IMG/VR virus record: IMGVR_UViG_3300044826_000112
Direction: 5' to 3' (one strand)
Origin: a virus
Length of the DNA: 64,000 bases
Shown: positions 60,960 through 64,000 of the stretch, in pieces
Position numbering within the stretch: the first letter of the stretch is position 1
How the letters are laid out: each line of letters begins with the position of its first letter
The notes under the pieces: model-generated
The model's input: only the letters and a program-made list of their open reading frames with translations
What the model was told of the DNA's origin: nothing
The model's database searches: none
Program-made: the position numbers and the translations under genes

Positions 60960-61172
60960 ATGAAGATCCACAAGATCACGCCTGATCGCATCTATTTTGT
61001 TATGGATTCCGGGGCGTATGGCTCGATCGCCCGCAAGGACCTCGTCAAACTTCGCATTGCGAACATGGCAGTAGAGCCTATGGAGATCGATGGGCGTCGA
61101 GGAGGATGTATTGTAGAGGGCCACATGAAAAACTATATGGAGATGGCAAATGGAAGCAGCAGTCTTGAGTGA
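60960..61172 (+). CDS. Hypothetical protein
   Basis: GGTATAAC motif at 60948 only a few nt before the ATG (possibly leaderless). Confidence 0.6.
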   Translation: MKIHKITPDRIYFVMDSGAYGSIARKDLVKLRIANMAVEPMEIDGRRGGCIVEGHMKNYMEMANGSSSLE

Positions 61173-61932
61173 TCTTCACTCTGATCATTGGAGAGGTACT
61201 GGTAACATCCTTGATCTTTTACATTTTGATAAGGATAAGGTCGAGGCAGTATTCGTTGCAGGGGATGCTGGGGAGTGGATCGGCGGTATGGGCGAAGACA
61301 ATCCTATGGTTGTCCGTGTGTTCGAACCTTTGAACCGCCTGGGAGTCCCAGTGTTCAGTGTAAGTGGTAACCACGAGTACTACTACACAGATCTCCTCCA
61401 GGTAGACAAAGAGATGGAGGAAGTAAGCCATCTGTTTGAGAACTGGCATCATCTGCAAGGTGGCCAAAGCCGGCTGCTGGGTGATGAATACGCTGTCATC
61501 GGGGCCACTTTGTGGACTCCATTGGCAGGTATGGGCAACCCTATCCGCAGTAAGCGTGGCATGCGGGATATGAATGACCGCAAGTACATCAAGATTGGCG
61601 GGAAGAAGTTCGACTACAAGCAGGTAATTACCCTCCACGAAGCCCATTTGAAGGGCATCCAGGAGGCTTTGGAACGCCACAAGGACCGCAAGTGCATCAT
61701 TATGACGCACCACGCACCGTCCTATAAGCGTATCCCTAAGCGTTACATGTTCGATGCTTGCAACATCGCCTACGCTTCCGAGGTAGCTAACCAGATTCAG
61801 GCCCACGCCTGGATCTCAGGGCATATTCACGAAAGCTTTTACATGGAGATCAACAACACCCTCCATATCTCAAACCCACTTGGCTACCCTGGTGAGGGCC
61901 TGCCGGTATTTGAAGGAACTTACACGTTATGA
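61150..61932 (+). CDS. Calcineurin-like metallophosphoesterase
   Basis: SDLH, AGD, GNHEYY, THHAP, GHIH, SNPLGY. Confidence 0.92.
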   Translation: MEAAVLSDLHSDHWRGTGNILDLLHFDKDKVEAVFVAGDAGEWIGGMGEDNPMVVRVFEPLNRLGVPVFSVSGNHEYYYTDLLQVDKEMEEVSHLFENWHHLQGGQSRLLGDEYAVIGATLWTPLAGMGNPIRSKRGMRDMNDRKYIKIGGKKFDYKQVITLHEAHLKGIQEALERHKDRKCIIMTHHAPSYKRIPKRYMFDACNIAYASEVANQIQAHAWISGHIHESFYMEINNTLHISNPLGYPGEGLPVFEGTYTL

Positions 61933-63074
61933 AACTCAAAAAGATCGATGTGCTAGACAAGCCGTATCAGATCTACGCAGAAGTGCTGGAATCTGGTGCA
62001 ATTGACCAGTTTGTCGACGTAATGGGTCAGGCAGACGTCCGCCAGGGTGCCTTGATGGCGGATGCTCATTCTGGCTACGTACTGCCGATCGGCGGCGTAG
62101 TGGCTACTGAGGGGACCATCTACCCGTCTTTCGTAGGTTATGACATCGGCTGCGGCGTATGTGCAGTCAAGATGAACATCAAACGGGAACAGATCTGGGA
62201 TAAGGCAGCCGAAATTCGCGACGCCATCTACAAGCAGATCCCCGTCGGCTTTAACAAGAACCCTCTGGAGCGTCATGCTCGTGTCCGTAAGCTTCTCAAG
62301 GAGCTGAAAGGCAATCCTACCAAGGTCATCACTGAAGACCTGTGGGGCGAAGCCGTTCTGGGCTGCGGCACCCTAGGTGGCGGTAACCACTTCATCGAGA
62401 TCGGTTATGACGAGAACGATGACATCTGGGTAATCGTACACTCCGGCTCTCGTAGCCTGGGCTTTGGCGTAGGCGAGCACTACATGAAGCTGGCTGCCGG
62501 TCGCGATCGCAAGTTCGAAGGTCTCTACAGCCTGCATGAGCACTCTGATGTCGGTAAAGACTACATCAACGATCTGGATTACTGCCTGGCATACGCCCTG
62601 CTGTCCCGCAAGATCATGGTTAGCCATACCTGCAACATCCTCAAGGACTTCGTTGAGGGTGCCGAGGCGATTGCCGACACCTGGATTAACCGCAACCACA
62701 ATCATGCGGAGAAGAAGGGTGATGTGTGGATCCACCGTAAGGGTGCGACCCATGCTGAACTCGGTATGATGGGCGTTATCCCTGGTAACATGCGGGATGG
62801 CTGCTTCATTACCCGTGGTAAAGGTAATCCGGCGTCCCTGTACTCCAGCTCTCACGGTGCCGGGCGCGTAATGTCCCGGGCGAAAGCCAAGGAAGCAGTC
62901 AATCTGGAGCAGCTGGCGGAGATGATGAAAGATGTACCTGGTGCGTCCGTACGTCCCGGCGTCATCGACGAGGCCCCGGCTGCGTACAAGAACATCTTCG
63001 AAGTCATGGAGCTTCAGAAGGACCTCCTGGAAGTGGTTCACCACGTCAAACCTATTGTCAACGTGAAGGGCTAA
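61929..63074 (+). CDS. rtcB: RtcB RNA ligase
   Basis: MADAHSGY..PIGG, VGYDIGCG, GTLGGGNHFIE, HSGSR, HNH, HRKGAT, IPGNM, SSHGAGR.MSR, DEAPAAYK. Confidence 0.96.
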   Translation: MKLKKIDVLDKPYQIYAEVLESGAIDQFVDVMGQADVRQGALMADAHSGYVLPIGGVVATEGTIYPSFVGYDIGCGVCAVKMNIKREQIWDKAAEIRDAIYKQIPVGFNKNPLERHARVRKLLKELKGNPTKVITEDLWGEAVLGCGTLGGGNHFIEIGYDENDDIWVIVHSGSRSLGFGVGEHYMKLAAGRDRKFEGLYSLHEHSDVGKDYINDLDYCLAYALLSRKIMVSHTCNILKDFVEGAEAIADTWINRNHNHAEKKGDVWIHRKGATHAELGMMGVIPGNMRDGCFITRGKGNPASLYSSSHGAGRVMSRAKAKEAVNLEQLAEMMKDVPGASVRPGVIDEAPAAYKNIFEVMELQKDLLEVVHHVKPIVNVKG

Positions 63075-63107
63075 TTGTAGAATTCCTCTAGAAATGGAGG
63101 AAATCTC

Positions 63108-63260
63108 ATGGCTACACTCACTAAGGCAGACAAAGAACGCGAAATCCCGGATAAAAAGTGGAGCGATGACAAGATCATCGCCTACCTGAAGCAGGTAAAA
63201 GGTATGCCGGAGGACCGGGCGTACTCTTTCTTGCGGGGATGGAAGCAAGTATCAGCATAG
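63108..63260 (+). CDS. Small hypothetical protein (50 aa)
   Basis: GGAGG RBS; MATLTKADKEREIPDKKWSDDKII...; UUCG terminator follows (63259-63284). Confidence 0.7.
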   Translation: MATLTKADKEREIPDKKWSDDKIIAYLKQVKGMPEDRAYSFLRGWKQVSA

Positions 63261-63294
63261 CGACCTTCGGGTCGCTTTTCTTTTGGAGAGAACT

Positions 63295-63807
63295 ATGAAT
63301 CCCTCACTTTTGTCCTACTTTAAGCACCTGATGGGCTTCGATGTCAGCATGGCAAAGAGCTTCTACGAGACCTGTCTGGCAGCCACCAAGCAGTACTACT
63401 GCATGGATATAGATTGCCTCAAGTCAGTAATCGTGAAAGATGGTAAAGGCATCAACGAATCCAACAACTACGACGACATCCTGGCTGTAGTCGATCGCAT
63501 GCTGGCGGATAACCCTGAATCTGATGACCCGAATAAGCCTTACAAGCTCATTCAGGAGTTCAAAGCAGGCATCAAGGCCTGGGTCGAGTCTGATTCCATC
63601 CGTAAATCCTTCATGGCCGCCGAAGAAGGCCAGCATACCTACGATCAAGTATTCGTATGGGGTGACTGGAGCTTCGACATCTGGTATTGGCCGGTCGAGA
63701 AGGTCATCAAGCTGCACGGCAAAGACATCCCGCTGATCGCAGAAGACGTAGCCAAAATGGCTGATATCCTCAAAGAACTCGTAGGAGATGAAAATGGATC
63801 TGTTTGA
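63295..63807 (+). CDS. Hypothetical protein
   Basis: GGAG RBS, about 170 aa. Confidence 0.75.
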   Translation: MNPSLLSYFKHLMGFDVSMAKSFYETCLAATKQYYCMDIDCLKSVIVKDGKGINESNNYDDILAVVDRMLADNPESDDPNKPYKLIQEFKAGIKAWVESDSIRKSFMAAEEGQHTYDQVFVWGDWSFDIWYWPVEKVIKLHGKDIPLIAEDVAKMADILKELVGDENGSV

Positions 63808-64000
63808 ACTGTATCGTGCCATCCGTCGCCATAATCCCAACATGGCAATCCGTATGCACCAAGACCTCTTAGCACTCCGTGAACGCGGGATTGCTATCGA
63901 GATCGATACGGACGATGACTTCTATGTGGAGTTCCAGAACGAGGATGAGGAGGAGATGGGTGGCTTCACCATCAAGTCCTTCTCTGAGTTGCGTGATGCG
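63794..64000 (+). CDS. Hypothetical protein, truncated by the window edge
   Basis: AGGAG RBS; MDLFELYRAIRRHNPN... open to the end of the window. Confidence 0.65.
   Translation, partial: MDLFELYRAIRRHNPNMAIRMHQDLLALRERGIAIEIDTDDDFYVEFQNEDEEEMGGFTIKSFSELRDA

Noticed and set aside
1-64000. tRNA/rRNA genes, integrase or alternative genetic code
   Set aside because: No cloverleaf or rRNA-like segments seen in the short intergenic gaps; no recombinase motifs; genes are intact under the standard code with TAA, TAG and TGA all used as stops

Overview
This is a 64-kb segment of a large tailed dsDNA phage genome using the standard genetic code. No integrase, tRNA, rRNA or CRISPR array was seen. Minus-strand blocks hold the structural or late genes. 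They include a portal-like gene and, in the same block, a cellular-type multisubunit RNA polymerase encoded as a beta+beta'(N) fusion plus a separate beta'(C) gene. They also include a sigma70-family factor and five tail-fibre or fibre-accessory genes plus a chaperone. Two paralogous Thr/Ser/Trp-repeat tip proteins are directly followed by five glycosyltransferase-like genes and a twitch-domain radical SAM enzyme, a candidate virion-protein glycosylation/modification system. Plus-strand blocks hold replication and host-takeover genes: SNF2 and DinG helicases, SSB, PD-(D/E)XK nuclease, RNase H, primase-helicase, ThyA and ligase. A family A DNA polymerase is split into two genes 5.3 kb apart with an NAD+ salvage pair between them. 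Two more radical SAM enzymes (one RlmN-like), a metallophosphoesterase and RtcB follow. Non-coding structure includes a palindromic, iteron-rich element of about 300 bp present twice in inverted orientation 42 kb apart. Three apparent promoter classes occur (GGTATAA[G/C/T], TAAA[A/C]T and host sigma70 consensus), along with many intrinsic terminators. All assignments come from motif recognition by eye; no database searches were run.
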